A stretch of 64,000 bases of DNA from Azolla caroliniana (GCA_043228905.1 JBHGNT010000013.1:5828001-5892000); one strand, 5' to 3'; shown: positions 49,923 through 63,302, counted from the first letter of the stretch. The notes: generated by a model from the letters alone, not told the origin. Translations and numbers: made by a program.

Positions 49923-50508
49923 CGTTCTTCTTGTTCTTCTTCGACAAGCTGTGTCGGCTGCAGAGAGGTTCTCAACCCTCGCGCTCTGATACCATGTAAA
50001 AAGTAACGTGCGGAAGCAAGTATGAAGACCGAACAGAAGGAAGGAAACTCAGGTTCAATGGAGAGCTTGAGCTTACGCAGTATACTCGGGAGAGACAGAG
50101 AGAGTGATAGAGAGAAAAACACACGAACTATATTCAAAAACTCAGTCTGTACATAAGACGTGCTCAGTGAACACTTTTATACAAGTCCTAGAAGGACTGA
50201 CCGAAGTACTGACAGTACTTCAATGCTCATCAAGAGCTCCTACACTAACTCCCAAATATATTCCTCACGGAATATCTTTCCTAACGACCTCCCGATTTAC
50301 GCACTCGGCCTAACCAATCGGTCCCAACCAATCCGGTCCTCGGCTTCTTCAGCCGATCCGGCCAATGTTGAGCTTGTCTCTCAACACACACACACACAAA
50401 CACACATATATATATGCTTGTGCAGTTTAACTTGGGCATCACAATGGTTCAAGGAATAAAAGGGTATTACTTACTTTAGGCTCTATTCATTTCGTAAGCA
50501 AGTAGATA

Positions 50509-50546
<38 letters not shown>

Positions 50547-50915
50547 TCTTTTAGAAAACCAACTACATCAAACCAAAGTGAGGGACAGGAAAAGAGAGAA
50601 AGAGACAATGAAATAATTTAAGCTTGAAGTAGTATTGAAGCATGTTTCCAAGGTTTGGATAAACAATTTCAACATCTGTTTCCATAAGCTTTCTCATAAC
50701 AGTACATCTCTATTGTTTAGTTGGATAAACAATCAGTCCATAAGTAAACAACCTTATTGTACTTCTTGAGTTTTTTGCATTTGAAATTATATTAATACAT
50801 CAAAGTTCTATAGCTTTGAACTCTCAACATTTACCTAGTTTAGGTGCCAATGATCAATATAATATTGATTGCATCATAGCCATGAAACGATGGTAAGCTA
50901 ATTATGGATGTCTTT

Positions 50916-53601
50916 TGTTGTTGGGGTGGGGGTGAAGCCTAGAACACCCAAAATAAGAGGGAAAAAGTTATTCATTACATACCCCATAGGGGGTTTATAT
51001 AATACATCCAATGTAACGGTTACATGACTGTTATAAATAAGATCGTTACACATTCTTGTACACATACTCATCCTCACACACTCATTTACTTTACACATAC
51101 ACATCAACCATATCATTACACCTACCCTTATGCCTCCCTGTATATTCTTACGAGTAGCACATGGCACGCCTGTCGGACAGTGCATTGCACGGTTAACCCA
51201 CTCTCCATGGCAACTCCTCTCGACTGGAACTCCATCGGTCGTCTCAACGGTCAGAGATCCCTCGACCGGATCACTGCTCTACGATCGATAACTTTGATCG
51301 GAGCTTTGCCTGACTTGAACCTTCTCGTTCTGTCAGGACAAGTCACAATTAGATCATACACCAATTAGCTAGTTCACTGTGGCATGGGTCGTGAAATTGT
51401 GTTGTGCATTTGTGTATTCTTTCTTTCATCATGTGAAGTGAGCTTTATATTTTTTACCCTTTGGTCTTTAAAATTTTGCCCTCAAGTTTTTTTAAATTTT
51501 TTAAATTTTATGGCCATGATTTTTCGAAATTTTCTCTTCTACCCTCCAGTTTTTGGAATTTGGTCTCATGTCCTCGAGCTTTTGAAATTCCAGTATCTGC
51601 CCTCGAACTTCTGAAATTCGGTTTTATGCCCTTCTCCTCTTTCCTTTCAACTGCTTTTCTTACTTCCTCGTCGTCACTTTCTTCTTATTCTTCTGTTTTC
51701 TTTGCTTTGTCTTCTTCTACTTCTTTCTCTTCTTCCTTTCTGTTTTCTTCTCTGTCTTTGTCTTCTTCCTGCGTTTTTCTCCTTCCTTTCTTCCATTTCT
51801 TCTTCACCTTCATCCGTTTCTCCTTATTTAGCCATGGCAAGAGCTCGGTGGAGCTCTCTCTCTACTATGTCTTGGTCTGTGTCTGTGTCTGTGTCTGTCA
51901 AAGTCGTTTCTGTTCGTCGGCCGTCGGTCGTGCCTGTCCGTTGGCCACCTGTCGATTGTCGCCGTCGCGGACTGTCCGACGGCCATCTCTCAGTTCGGCC
52001 GGCTGAGTCGTCGGTGGTCGTGTTTGTTTGGCTAGTGTCTTCTTTTTTGTCGTCTGGCTCTTTGGTCGTCTCTCTTGCGTGGCTGTTTGGCCATACTCTC
52101 GGCTGGCCGCGCATCTCAGCCATATTCTCGGCCGCACGTTTTGGCCGTCTTCTCGGTGGCGCGTCTCGTCTCGGCCATGCTCTCTCGCCCGTTGTTTCTC
52201 AGCCATCACTTGGCCGTAGTATTCTCGGCCGTACGTGGCCATCGGCCCAGCCACCATTGTTTAGCCAATGCAATCTGTCTGGCTCGTCTATGCCTCGAGT
52301 CTCACCTCAGCCCGTGTCCCCCTATGCGGCTGCCTCGTCTTGATTGTCCTTCCTGCCTCCCCCTGAAGCTCTCTCTTCTTGAGTTGCACTTAGATTCGGG
52401 TAGATCTAGAGGTCAATCTCGTGGTATATTCATAGTACGAAAACTCTTGAACTACTTTCTGAGATTCTTTGAGAAGACCAGCATCATCTTGCTGCGCAGA
52501 GCTTAAATGAGGACGTGCATAATGACATGAATCAACAAACAACCGCACCTTTCTTCAGTGCAATCATGTCTTTCAAGCATATCTTGAAATCGATGCAGTC
52601 CATGACGCAACATCTCTGACTCAAGCATATAAAGCACTTTCTGAGCTGCATCAAGAAACTCATACCTAGCATACATATAAACCAATGTGCTTCCACCGCT
52701 TTTTGATACTAGAATATGCATTTTAGATCCATTTCGTGGATCTTTAAGCTTTTCTGAAGTAATTAGTAATGCCACAAGAGTGACACTACACATACAAACA
52801 GGAACATTCATCTCCATTTCCTCATATAATGTCAAGTGTTCATGGGTGGGCATTGAAGGAGGAGAACTGGGTAATGGAAACAGAGGATGGGTACTCTAAA
52901 GCTAGCAAAAGGTGAGATGTAGCAAGCGACACAGGGCAGGTCTAGGGTAAGGGCAAGCTATGGTGAGAATCTTCTTTTTCTTCTTCAAGCTCGGCTATGA
53001 ACTGGACATATAGATAAAGGGAGAGACACTTCTTCTTAAGGGATGGGTGGGGGAAACTGAATAAACTCCTCTCATGGCACACCCACCCTTTCTTTCTTCG
53101 GTTTCACCAACACACAAACATAGAGGAGCAAAGAGGGAGTGGGAGCTTTAGGCATCATGGCCATGGACGACGTTGCTTGGCTTTAGGTTTCCTTCACAAT
53201 AGTAGACACCCACACACTTGGGCATACTCGCAAATAAGACAGAGTTGCAAACCCTAAACTTCTTCTCAAAGGACGGTCGTCCGTTCAGACGTGCCAAAAG
53301 TGTTGTTGGGGTGGGGGGTGAAGCCTAGAATGGCTTCACCCCCCTCCCAAGCGGGTATGATATAGAGAGAGAAGGAGAGAGTGAAAATAAGAATGACACC
53401 CAAAATAAGTGGGAAAAAGTTATTCATTACATACCCCATAGGGGGTTTATATAATACATCCAATGTACCGGTTACATGACCGTTATTATGTGCATGTGTC
53501 CATACACATACTTATCCTCACACTCATTTACTTTACACATACATATCAACCACATCATTACACCTACCCTTATGCCTCCCTGTATATTCTTACGGGTAAC
53601 A
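50916..53601 (-). mobile_element. Small non-autonomous LTR element H (TRIM/LARD-like)
   Basis: Direct repeats 50916..51159 and 53301..53601 (TG...CA; left copy has deletions). TSD TCTTT/TCTTC. TATATAAA on the minus strand; PBS-like TGGCACG at 53296-53279; no pol. Confidence 0.8.
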
Positions 53602-53738
53602 TCTTCTACCAACAAGACTAGATGTTTTGAATAGTGAAAGAAACAACAACATACTGTCAAGATTCAAATTCTTGACCTCTTGTATTATAGTCAAATGCTA
53701 TATTGTAACCAACACATCCAAGTACATGGTCATGTGTT

Positions 53739-53857
53739 CATGACACAGTCCTAGGTTCAAGTCCACGTTAAGCATAATGTTCATGGATTCATGACACTCA
53801 TGACACAGTCCTGGGTTCAAGTCCAAGTAAAGCATAATGTTCACGAATTCATGACAC
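53739..53857. repeat. 2 x 60-bp tandem duplication
   Basis: CATGACACAGTCCT.GGTTCAAGTCCA.GT.AAGCATAATGTTCA at 53739 and 53799. Confidence 0.85.
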
Positions 53858-55559
53858 AAACTACTCCTTAATCTTCTATATGCTTGTACATTCTAACTTG
53901 GGCATCACAATGATTAGAGATTATTCCTAATGTAAACATAAGATAGATATATAAGAAAAAAGAGATAAAAGGGTATTGATCCACCTGATCACCACCGAGC
54001 GAAGAGATCAAGACATAATCAAGCCTTGATTGGCGTCCCACAACATTGCCATGACATCGAGTTGTACTAGTGTCGTGGATGATTGTGGTCACTAGGAGAA
54101 AGGTCCGTTAGATGTGTGTGAAGAAGGGTGTGAACAGATGTACATGAAAAGAAGTCGTATGTATAAACAATCATAAGTATTATAGTATTAACAAGTACAA
54201 GGTAGAGTATTTTAATAGGTACTTTATGATCCACCAAAAAGAGTGATGGGAGGAAATCGTGGAGGGAATATCTCACAGAAAACGACTAACAAAGTAGCAT
54301 GGAGATATAACAAGGAAGGGAAGATGTTTGTTTGAGAGATAAGTCATTTTGGAGGAAAAGTTGCCGTCAAATTGTGTTTTGGAGTACTATAGGTTTCCTG
54401 TAACGATCAACCGGTGAAGTGGTGTGCGGCCTCTGCTTGTGTTGGAAGCTCGTGTGCTCCCGACTAAAGGCTAACTAGTCTGCATGATTGTTGAGCTCGA
54501 AGTTTTGTTTCTAGCCCAAGGCCAACTTTATATTCTTTCTTAGTGTTTAATCGATTATTTGGAGTTGATTAATCTGGGGGCTCACTCTGTGATGCCTGTT
54601 TGTCTCTCCTTGAGTTGTGTCAATATTCCTAACTTGTTTGCGGTGTTCAGGGAGGTATCGTTCTTCTCTCCTCTGTTCTACACTTCCTGATTCATGTCTG
54701 TGAGCATGTGTATTCATCATCTAGATTTTGGCGATAGAGCCACATCGGATATGGCTCTATGAGCCCATGTCCTCATTAAATAGACTCGGATAACTAGGCT
54801 AGATCGGTTGCTACGAACCTCAACTGCCACTCATTCTTAACCTCAACTGGTAAAGGAGCTTTGAGAAGCTCATAGATTGTGGGAGACCTTCGACGAGGGG
54901 CTATTAGAGACATATGGCTATGAGAGACTGAAGGGGTGAGATCATTGCGAGTTTTGATAGGTGGGTAGTGTTAGCGAAGGCCCATTGAGGCACAATGAAA
55001 GCATTCCTAGAGTTTGAGCGATGCTATGCTCGACTCTCATAACGGGAACAATGACTGGTGGGCGTGGATAAGGTCTTATTATTCATGAAGTCCATTGACT
55101 GAAGGGAATATATGGCCATAGGACTCAAGCTCAAAGACGATGATGGCCTCACCGAGGACTAGATGGATGTAAAGAGTGTAACAAGAAGCACACAGGACCC
55201 TCGCCAGCCATGACATGGCCCGCCAACGGTTAAAGGAGGGTGAAGTGCGATGGTGTGCCATCACAACAAGAAGTGGGCATGCCAGGGATGGTTCGACGGT
55301 GCTCGACGTCAAGTCCTTGATAAGGTTGATGCCAAAGAGAGGTTTATTATGGAGTCAGGATCAGAATGATCGAAGGTTGAGGAGGAAGTCGCTTCCTTGG
55401 GCACAAAGGACAGGGCCTATGTGGAGGTCGTGATACGGTGCAAGGGTACCTTGGGAGAGAATGCAGAGCAAGACACTCTCTCATCTTGCGAAGGATTGAC
55501 AGATGAGGATAAGGCTGGGAGCTGTGGAGGGATAGACGCCGCTTCAAGAGTGGATTTCC

Positions 55560-56720
55560 CACACCAGTTCTTGGCAGTTTGGCAGTTGTGCCCGACAACC
55601 AATGTGAGACCGAAGAGACGGAAGGTGACGGCAGGAAAATAGAGGACCAAGCCAACGAGGACGATGACAACGAGACATTTGGCGAAAGACAAGACCTCCC
55701 CACTTTGGTTCTAGAGACTTTGGTGGGCCCATGTGTCAATATGAAAAAGTGGAGAACAGAGACAACGGCAAGGAGGAGGAGGATGACAACAGAAAATGGG
55801 ATCTCTCCACACTAGTTCTAGAGACTTTGGCAATTCTGCCCGAGAGCCAACATGAGACTAGAGAAATGGAAGATGGCAATAAGGAAACAAGGCCCCACGC
55901 CAATGTATGTGAAGGGAAGGAGGTTGTCAACGATGAGGCTAAGGAAAAAGCTGAGGGAAAGCTCTATGAAGAGGCAAGAGGCGGCAAGGAAGGGAGGGGC
56001 AAGAGCTAACCTGGAAGGAAAATGGTTTGGTCTGATACTAGTCGGTCAAACCCGACTCACATGAGATCTAACTCGGATGAAACCGATTGGTCAAACCCAA
56101 TCTAGAAGGAAGCCGACCCGGTCGAGACCGATTGATTGAGACCAATTTGGCCAACTTGAAGAGAGGATCTAAACGAAAATTGACTAAACCAGAACACTAC
56201 CAACCAAGATTGATCCAAATAGAAGTTGGGTTGGCCTAGTTGATGGTCGAAGTGATCAACTGGTGACATCCGGTTGGGGTTGGTGGGAGCAAGGAGGAGG
56301 CCAAGCGAGCATGACGACTATGAGGAAGAAGACGAAGATCAAGAAGAATCCTCCACACTTAAACCTGAGACTTTGGCAGTTGCGGATCAACATAAGAACG
56401 GAGAGACAGAGGGTGGTGGCGAGGAGTCGAAGGTTGAAGAGGGCAAGGGTTTCAGAAAGGATGAAAGGAGTGTTATGGGGGACAATTGGAGCCAAGAAGG
56501 CCAATCATATTGGAAGGGTGATCCTCAAGACAAGGCGGTGATATTGGAGGCCACGGAAGAGACCAAACTAGACTACACTAACACGGATGTCAGGATGGTG
56601 ATGGACTCTACCATAAGAGAACACCACAACAAAATGAGAAGCATGTAATGTGGTCACATAAGGGCCTAGGCATGAGCACATATTCGAAGGAGATCAATGT
56701 CAACGGGAAGTGATCAAAGA
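55560..56720 (+). mobile_element. Old relic homologous to the internal region of element G
   Basis: 56351-56426 resembles 4483-4558 (CCTGAGACTTTGGC.GTTGCGGATCAACATAAGA); 55800-55880 resembles 3845-3930; 56650-56720 resembles 4731-4793. Confidence 0.65.
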
Positions 56721-56859
56721 ATAAAGAAGGACGACACGCCAAATTGCCTGGGTCAAAGGAAAGTTGGGCCGGCAGCGGCACATACAAGGTGCATGGCAAA
56801 CAATATCTGGCATGCGGTGTGAATGGTTGGGAGCTCAATTGGAGGACATGGGAAGAGGG

Positions 56860-57623
56860 GTCTGGTAGGCAAAGCGCAAGGACATGGTCGCTCCTTCTGG
56901 TCAAGACCACCGATGAGACGAAATGGACCATAGGAGTTGGTGCATGTACTGATGTGTGTCAAGTGGACATGAAATCACATGCCGGATCGCAGTACTTCGT
57001 GACATTCATAGATGACCACAGCCGGAAGTTGTGAATCTCTTCAAGTGTTGTCCATCTTCAAGGAGCTCCATGCAAGAGTGGAAAAGGAAACCAGTCGGAA
57101 GCTAAAGGCAATTCGGGCAGATAACGGAGGCAAATATCAAGGGTAGTTCAAGGACTATTGCGGGTCGAAGGGAATCCAGCTCGAATTTATCATGCTGAAG
57201 ATGTCGGAATTGAACGGGCAGGCTAAACGGATGAACTAGACCATAATGGAGAGAGTTTGGTGCATGTTGGCATATGCAGAGCTACCCAAGATGTTTTGGG
57301 CTAAGGCGCTGATGAGAGCGACCTACGTGATAAACAGATCACCCTCAACACCCTTGGATGGAGACACACCGCAGAGCGTACGGACCGGTAAGGACATGTC
57401 TTACCGACATCTGAAGGTGTTCGAGTGTCTCGCCTATGTGTGTGTTGCAAAAGACAAGAGAGCGAAGTTGGATCCGAAGTCCCAACCTTGCATATTCCTC
57501 GGATACGGTGACGATGAGTTTGGCTATCGAGTGTTGGACCTGATTGACAAGAAGGTTTTCCGGAGTCGGGACATCATCTTCATGGAGGATAAGACCATTG
57601 CTGATTGGGAGTCGGAGAAGAAG
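56860..57623 (+). pseudogene. Decayed D/C1-family copia integrase fragment; continues at 63265 after element F
   Basis: TDVCQVDMKSHAGSQYFVTFIDDHSRKL, CIFLGYGDDEFGYRV, DWESEKK|VMN. Confidence 0.85.
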
Positions 57624-60600
57624 TGTTGAGTGACAAGCTCAACATTGGGTGCGTAATACGACGCATAACCCAGTGTGTAGACTGGACGCATAACTTGGCC
57701 GAAAGGCCGTTAGAGAGATATTCCTCGTAAGGAATAATTTTGGGAGTGAGTGTCGAGGCTCATTTATAAGCAGTCAAGTAATGTCGGTACTTGTGTCAGT
57801 CCGATTGTCAGGGCTTGTATAAAAGGTACTCACTGAGCACGAAGTATGTACAGAGTGTTGTTATTTTTGAAATTGAACTATTGTGTGTGCTCTCTCTCTC
57901 TCTCTCCATCTCTCCATTTCCATTTCCATCACTGTGTTTTCTACGTTTAACGAACTCTCTTATTTCCAAACTGTATACACTGTGTTTACGCATATGCTTC
58001 CGCACACGCTATTCTTTACATGGTATCAGAGCACGAGGGTTGAAGTCCTCTACAACTGACAACAAAAGCTTGCGACCAAACAGAGTTGAAGTTGTTCTTC
58101 GTTTTTCAGAAAAGGAAAAGACAACAAAATGGACAGAGGTATGGGAAGCTCACTTCCGACTGAAAAGCTCACTTCCGCATCTTGGTCATACAAGATCCAC
58201 CAGTACCTACTCGGCCATGGCTACTGGAGTTACGTCAAAGGAGCTAATGATACAACACCCAACTCGACACACAAGGATTTTTCGGCTTCGGAACAAGCGG
58301 CAAGTAGAGTTCTCTACTGCTTTGCCTCCTGTGTGAGCGACCAACTGTTAAGCTACATTCGGGATCCTAAGACGCTGAAGTACGCGTGGGCGAATCTCAA
58401 AAGGATTTTCGTTGCTAGCGCAATGGCCAGGAAGCTGCAGCTCAGATAGGAACTCGACAATGTCCGACAGAAAGATCTGTCTGTGGCCGATTACATGGCT
58501 TGGATCAAGGAAATATGCGACTCTCTCGCCTCCGTCAACGTGAACGTCGAGGAGGACGAGATAGTGCAAGTGTGCCTTGGTGGTCTAGCATCCAAGTTTG
58601 GAGCTTTTCGAACGACAATCTGTACGAGGGAGAATACGGCTTCGTTTTTCGAACTTCAGTTAATGTTGCTCATGGAGGAAAACCACGCGGATGCGTCGAC
58701 GAGTACGCACACCGATGGCAAGATGCTATACATGGAGGAAGATGGGCCCCATGGTCGTGGTGGACGAGGCGGATTGGCGCGCATTGGAGGCAGCCGAAAA
58801 GAGCAGAATGGACGGCATAATCGAGATGCCGGAAGCAATTCTGAACCCTCTAGAAGCAAGGGGAGTCATGGCGGTACCAGAAGACGGAAAGAGAAGGCCG
58901 CTTTGGAATGAAAGTACTATGGCAAGAAAGGCCACAGATAGAGGGAGTACTAGAAGAAACAAGCCGATTCAGACAAAGCTGGATCAAGCTGAAGAGACGC
59001 AGGAAGGCGTCAAAAGTCGCACTATGCTGAGGGCTCCGAACGAGCGAGAAATGGATCAGGCCCAGCCTTCGTAATGGAGCATAAGGCCAACTCGATGGCC
59101 GTGAACACCTCGAAATTGAGTGAGGTGTGGTATGATTCTGGAGCGTCAAATCATATGCCAAGTCACGACGAATGGTTCTTGTACTTGGAGAAACCAGAAT
59201 CACAAGGAGTTGTCGAGAGCGGAGACCACACTCCGCATACTATCGAGCATGTCGGGGAAGTTACCCTCAGCCACGTCGGGCAGAAAGGGAAGCTTATGAA
59301 TGTGTTGCATGTCCCGACAATAAAGAAGAATTTGGTGTCGGTCGGTCAGATCGTCAACCAAGGGATGCAGGTTCGATTCATGCATCTCGGTTGCTTCATC
59401 GAAGAAGAAGGCAAAGTCATTGCACAGGGGCACCGTGAAGAGAGGATGTTTATCCTCGAAACCGACAATGTGGGCACCTCAATGTTCGTGAAAGGACAGA
59501 AGGTCGAGTCGGATATCGACCTATGGCACAAGCAGTTCGGCCACGTAAATTTCCCACGGCTTCGTGAAATGCAGACGAAGAACATTGTTTTCAGATTGTC
59601 AAAATTTTGGCGCCGTAATGCCCAAGTCTGCGAAGCCTGCCAAATGGGAAAACAAAACCGACTTCCATTCCCCAAGGAGCGTAATCGGAGCCAAAATCCG
59701 CTCGATTTGATCCACTCAGATGTGTGGGGACTAGCACAGAACGTAACTCTCGGTGGAAGCCGTTACTTTGTAACCTTCATCGATTATTTCACTCGTCATA
59801 CGTGGGCATGCACGATCGTGAAGAAGAGCAAAGTCTTCGCATGTTTCCTGGAGGTAAAGAGCCTTGCGGAAAGGGAAATGGGGCATAAGATCAAATGCCT
59901 ACGGTCCAATGGCGAGAAGGAGTATACTCCGGAGCAGAACGACGTAGTCGAAAGGAAGAATCAGACGATTAAAGAAGCGCGGTCAGGGCAATGCTTCAAG
60001 AGAAGCACATGCCGAAATTTTATTGGGCCGAAGCCATGAGGACGGCTGTGTACTTGCAGAATCGAACTTCTACTAATGGAGGTGTATCGCCACATGAGCT
60101 ATATTTCGGAAAGAAGCCGAACTTGGCACACTTGAGGATTTTCGGCAGCATCGTGTATTGGCATGTGCCAAAGGAGAAAAGGATGAAGTTGGATGCCAAT
60201 GCTGAGAAATGTATCTTGGTTGCCTATTTAGACAAGCAGAAGGGGTATAAGTGTTATAACCCCCGAACAAAGGAAGTACGCGTAAGCCATGACGTCGTGT
60301 TCGACGAGTCCACTTCGTGGTACTTTCCTTCTCCTCCAATACCTCACAAATCCATTTCGATTTCTGAAGAAGAAGATAGCGAGGCCGAAATGCCTCTACA
60401 CGATGAAGAAATCGGAGCTCTGAGAGAGAGTCCGATATCATTTCGGCTGACTGGGCTGAATGAGGGGTTGGGCCGAGATTGCCAACCAGATAAAGAGACG
60501 GTGAGTAGTGGAGACTCGGTCGTGATGTCCCCGCGTAAGGAACCAAGAAGACGGTTTACGTGCAAGGAGAAGGGGAAGAAGAAGACATTGGAATATGATT

Positions 60601-63259
60601 TCGGTAGTGTCGAGTTAGTTCGTAGCGAATCTAACATCGAGCTAGTCAGAGAGGAACCTCTACAAAAGAGGTCGAAATTGGCCGAAAAGGTCGTGAAATC
60701 GGGTAATCTCGAATTACGCCGATCAACCCGCCAAACGAACCCCATAAAGAGGTACAAGTATAATCAGTACATGGCGCATCATTATGCGTATATGACGCGA
60801 GTGGCGGAAGTGCGTGAGCCGGAGAGCTATGTAGAAGCGAGAAAAGACGCAAAGTGGCGTGCCGCAATGGAGGAAGAGATGCGCGCTTTAACGGACAATG
60901 AGACGTGGGACCTGGTTGACGCACCGAAGGGTGTAAAGCCGATCAGATGCAGATGGGTGTATAAAGTGAAATCCAACACCGACGGCTCTGTTAACCACTC
61001 CAAGGCCCGATTAGTAGTGAAAGGCTACGCACAAAAGCACGACGTGGACTATGACGAGACCTTCGTGCCAATTGTGAAGATGACCACCATGCGATTCCTG
61101 CTAGCTGTAGCTGCGGCGAAGGGGTGGCACTTACATCAAATGGATGTAAAGAATGCGTTCCTACAAGGTGATCTTGAGTAACAGGTATACATGGCGCAAC
61201 CCCCCTGATTTCTATCCGAACAGAACACTTCGGCGGTTTGCCGATTGAAGAAGTCACTTTATGGACTTAAGAAAGCCCCGCAAGCTTGGAACGCGAAGAT
61301 CATGCAACAATTGTGTAAGATGGGGTTTGCTCCGTCGAAGTCGGACTCTTCATTGTTTGTTCGGCAGGGTTAATATAGACTGGACAACCTTCTTTTGTAT
61401 GTTGATGATTTAGTCATCGCCGGTGCCGACCTGAATGAAATCCACCGCGTAAAGTCTCAACTTGCAGGATCTTGGAGACCTTCATTACTTCCTCGGCATC
61501 GAAGTGATCCGTACCCTCGAAGGCATATTGATCAGCTAGCATCATTACGCGCTTAGTATGCTTTTCATGTTCGGGATGGAAAATTGTAAGCCCATCTCGA
61601 CTCCTCAGGATAGAAACACAAAGCTTCGCCAAGACTCAGGAAAGCCGTGCGACCCGACACAGTTCTGACAGAGTGTCGGAAGCCTTATCTATTTGACGAT
61701 CACTCGGCCGGACCTAAGTTACCTGGTCGGCATGATCAGTCAATTCATATCGCAGCCTATGGCTGAACACTTTCAGTGCGCGCAAAGGATATTGTGATAT
61801 GTTAGCGGCACGAAAGATATGGCGTTGTTGTATCGGGAAGGCGTAGCCGAACAATTAGTTGGTTACACGGATGCCGATTGGGCCGGAAACGCCCACAATC
61901 GTCGATCCACATCAGGATACGCATTCTCTCTGGGAAGTGCAGCGATTGCGTGGACTAGTAAGAAGCAGCCGACTGTACCACTATCGAGCATGGAGGCCGA
62001 ATATTGAGGGGCGACTGTCGCTACGTGTGAAGTCATTTGGCTGAAGCGGCTATTACGAGATCTGCATGTAGAGGTGTCCGATCCGACAACGATCTATTGC
62101 GACAATCTCAGCAATATCCACCTTGCGAGAAACCCCGTATTCCACGCCCGGACCAAGCACATTGAGGTGCCTTACGATTTTGTCCGTGAGCGGGTCCTTT
62201 AGGTGAAGTCGAATTGGTGCATGTTTCGACTGATCGGCAAGTTGCTGACATCTTCACCAAGTTTCTTGGTCTCGACAAGTTACGGCATTTCTCGGGTGAG
62301 CATGGGTTGCGTCACCTCGACACACCGAACTTGAGGGGAAGAAAGGAAGAACAGGAAGAAGAGCGTGAAAGGAGCGATGTTGTGGAATCGGATGAAGAAT
62401 TCAATCTCGAACCGGCTGAAGAAGCCGAAGAAGGGAGCAAGGGACGTAATTGTAAGAAAGAACCGAGGACAACCGAATTAGGGGGAGATAAGGCCAAGAT
62501 CAAGACGTGGTCTGATATTGTCAAAGGCCCGAAGACAGAAGATGAATTGGAGACAACCGATCCGGATGAGAGCGGAATTGAATCAGAAGAGTTCGATTCA
62601 ATCGGAATGATCGATTCGGATACGCCGAATCAACTAATGGCCAAGTGGAGAAAAGCACAGCGAAGAACGTGCCAATACCGTGGCAACAAGGGAGCTGAGA
62701 AGAGCCGAACGAGTAGACAAGCCGACTAGAATGAGGCGCGCAGAATTGAACAAGTCGAGGAGCGCGAGTGAGGTGCGAAGCTAGGAGAAGCCGGAGCATA
62801 GATCTGGAAGGTAGGATGGAACCTCAAGTTGAGCTTGAGGGGGAGTGTTGAGTGACAAGCTCAACATTGGGTGCGTAATACGGTGCGTAACCCAGTGCGT
62901 AGACTGGACACATAAGTTAGGATGCACAACTTGGCCGAAAGACCGTTAGAGAGATATTCCTCATAAGGAATAATTTTGGGAGTGAGTGTTGAGGCTCATT
63001 TATGAGCGGTCAAGTACTGTCAGTACTTGTGTCCGCCCGATTGTTAGGACTTGTATAAAAGGTGCTCACTGAGCAGAAGTATGTATAGAGTGTTGTTATT
63101 TTTGAAATTGAACTATTGTGTGTGCTCTCTCTGTCTCTCTCTCTCCATCTCTCCATCCCCATCTCCATCTCAGTGTTTTTTGCATTTACCGAACTGTCTT
63201 ATTTCCGAACTGTATACACTGTGTTTACGCATACGCTTCCGCACACGCTATTCTTTACA
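57624..63259 (+). mobile_element. Ty1/copia element F (A/B/F family), full length but decayed
   Basis: LTRs 57624..58020 and 62846..63259; TSD AGAAG (57619-57623/63260-63264); PBS 58021-58032 abutting the LTR; PPT GAGGGGGAG. Confidence 0.95.
58129..62845 (+). pseudogene. copia F gag-pol with many stops and deletions
   Basis: YDSGASNHM, WHKQFGH..CEAC, HSDVWG, QMDVKNAFL, YTDADWAG. Confidence 0.9.
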
Positions 63260-63302
63260 AGAAGGTAATGAATTTAGGTTCAACAAGCAAAGAACAACTG
63301 AA

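Larger units (their letters stand above)
33696..50386 (-). mobile_element. Ty1/copia element B (A/B/F family), decayed; host of D and E
   Basis: LTRs 33696..34062 and 49995..50386; Met-i PBS 49983-49994 abutting the LTR; PPT at 34063. Coding remnants 49922..46191 and 35145..34063. Sits in a CA/TA microsatellite, TSD unclear. Confidence 0.92.

Noticed and set aside
52503-52853. 116-aa minus-strand ORF in element H as an accessory protein
   Set aside because: No recognisable motif, surrounded by stops; cannot be supported without homologues.
53910-54745. Possible old LTR with a PBS-like TGGCGATAGAGC at ~54729
   Set aside because: No partner LTR in the window, the termini are ambiguous and the PBS match is poor.
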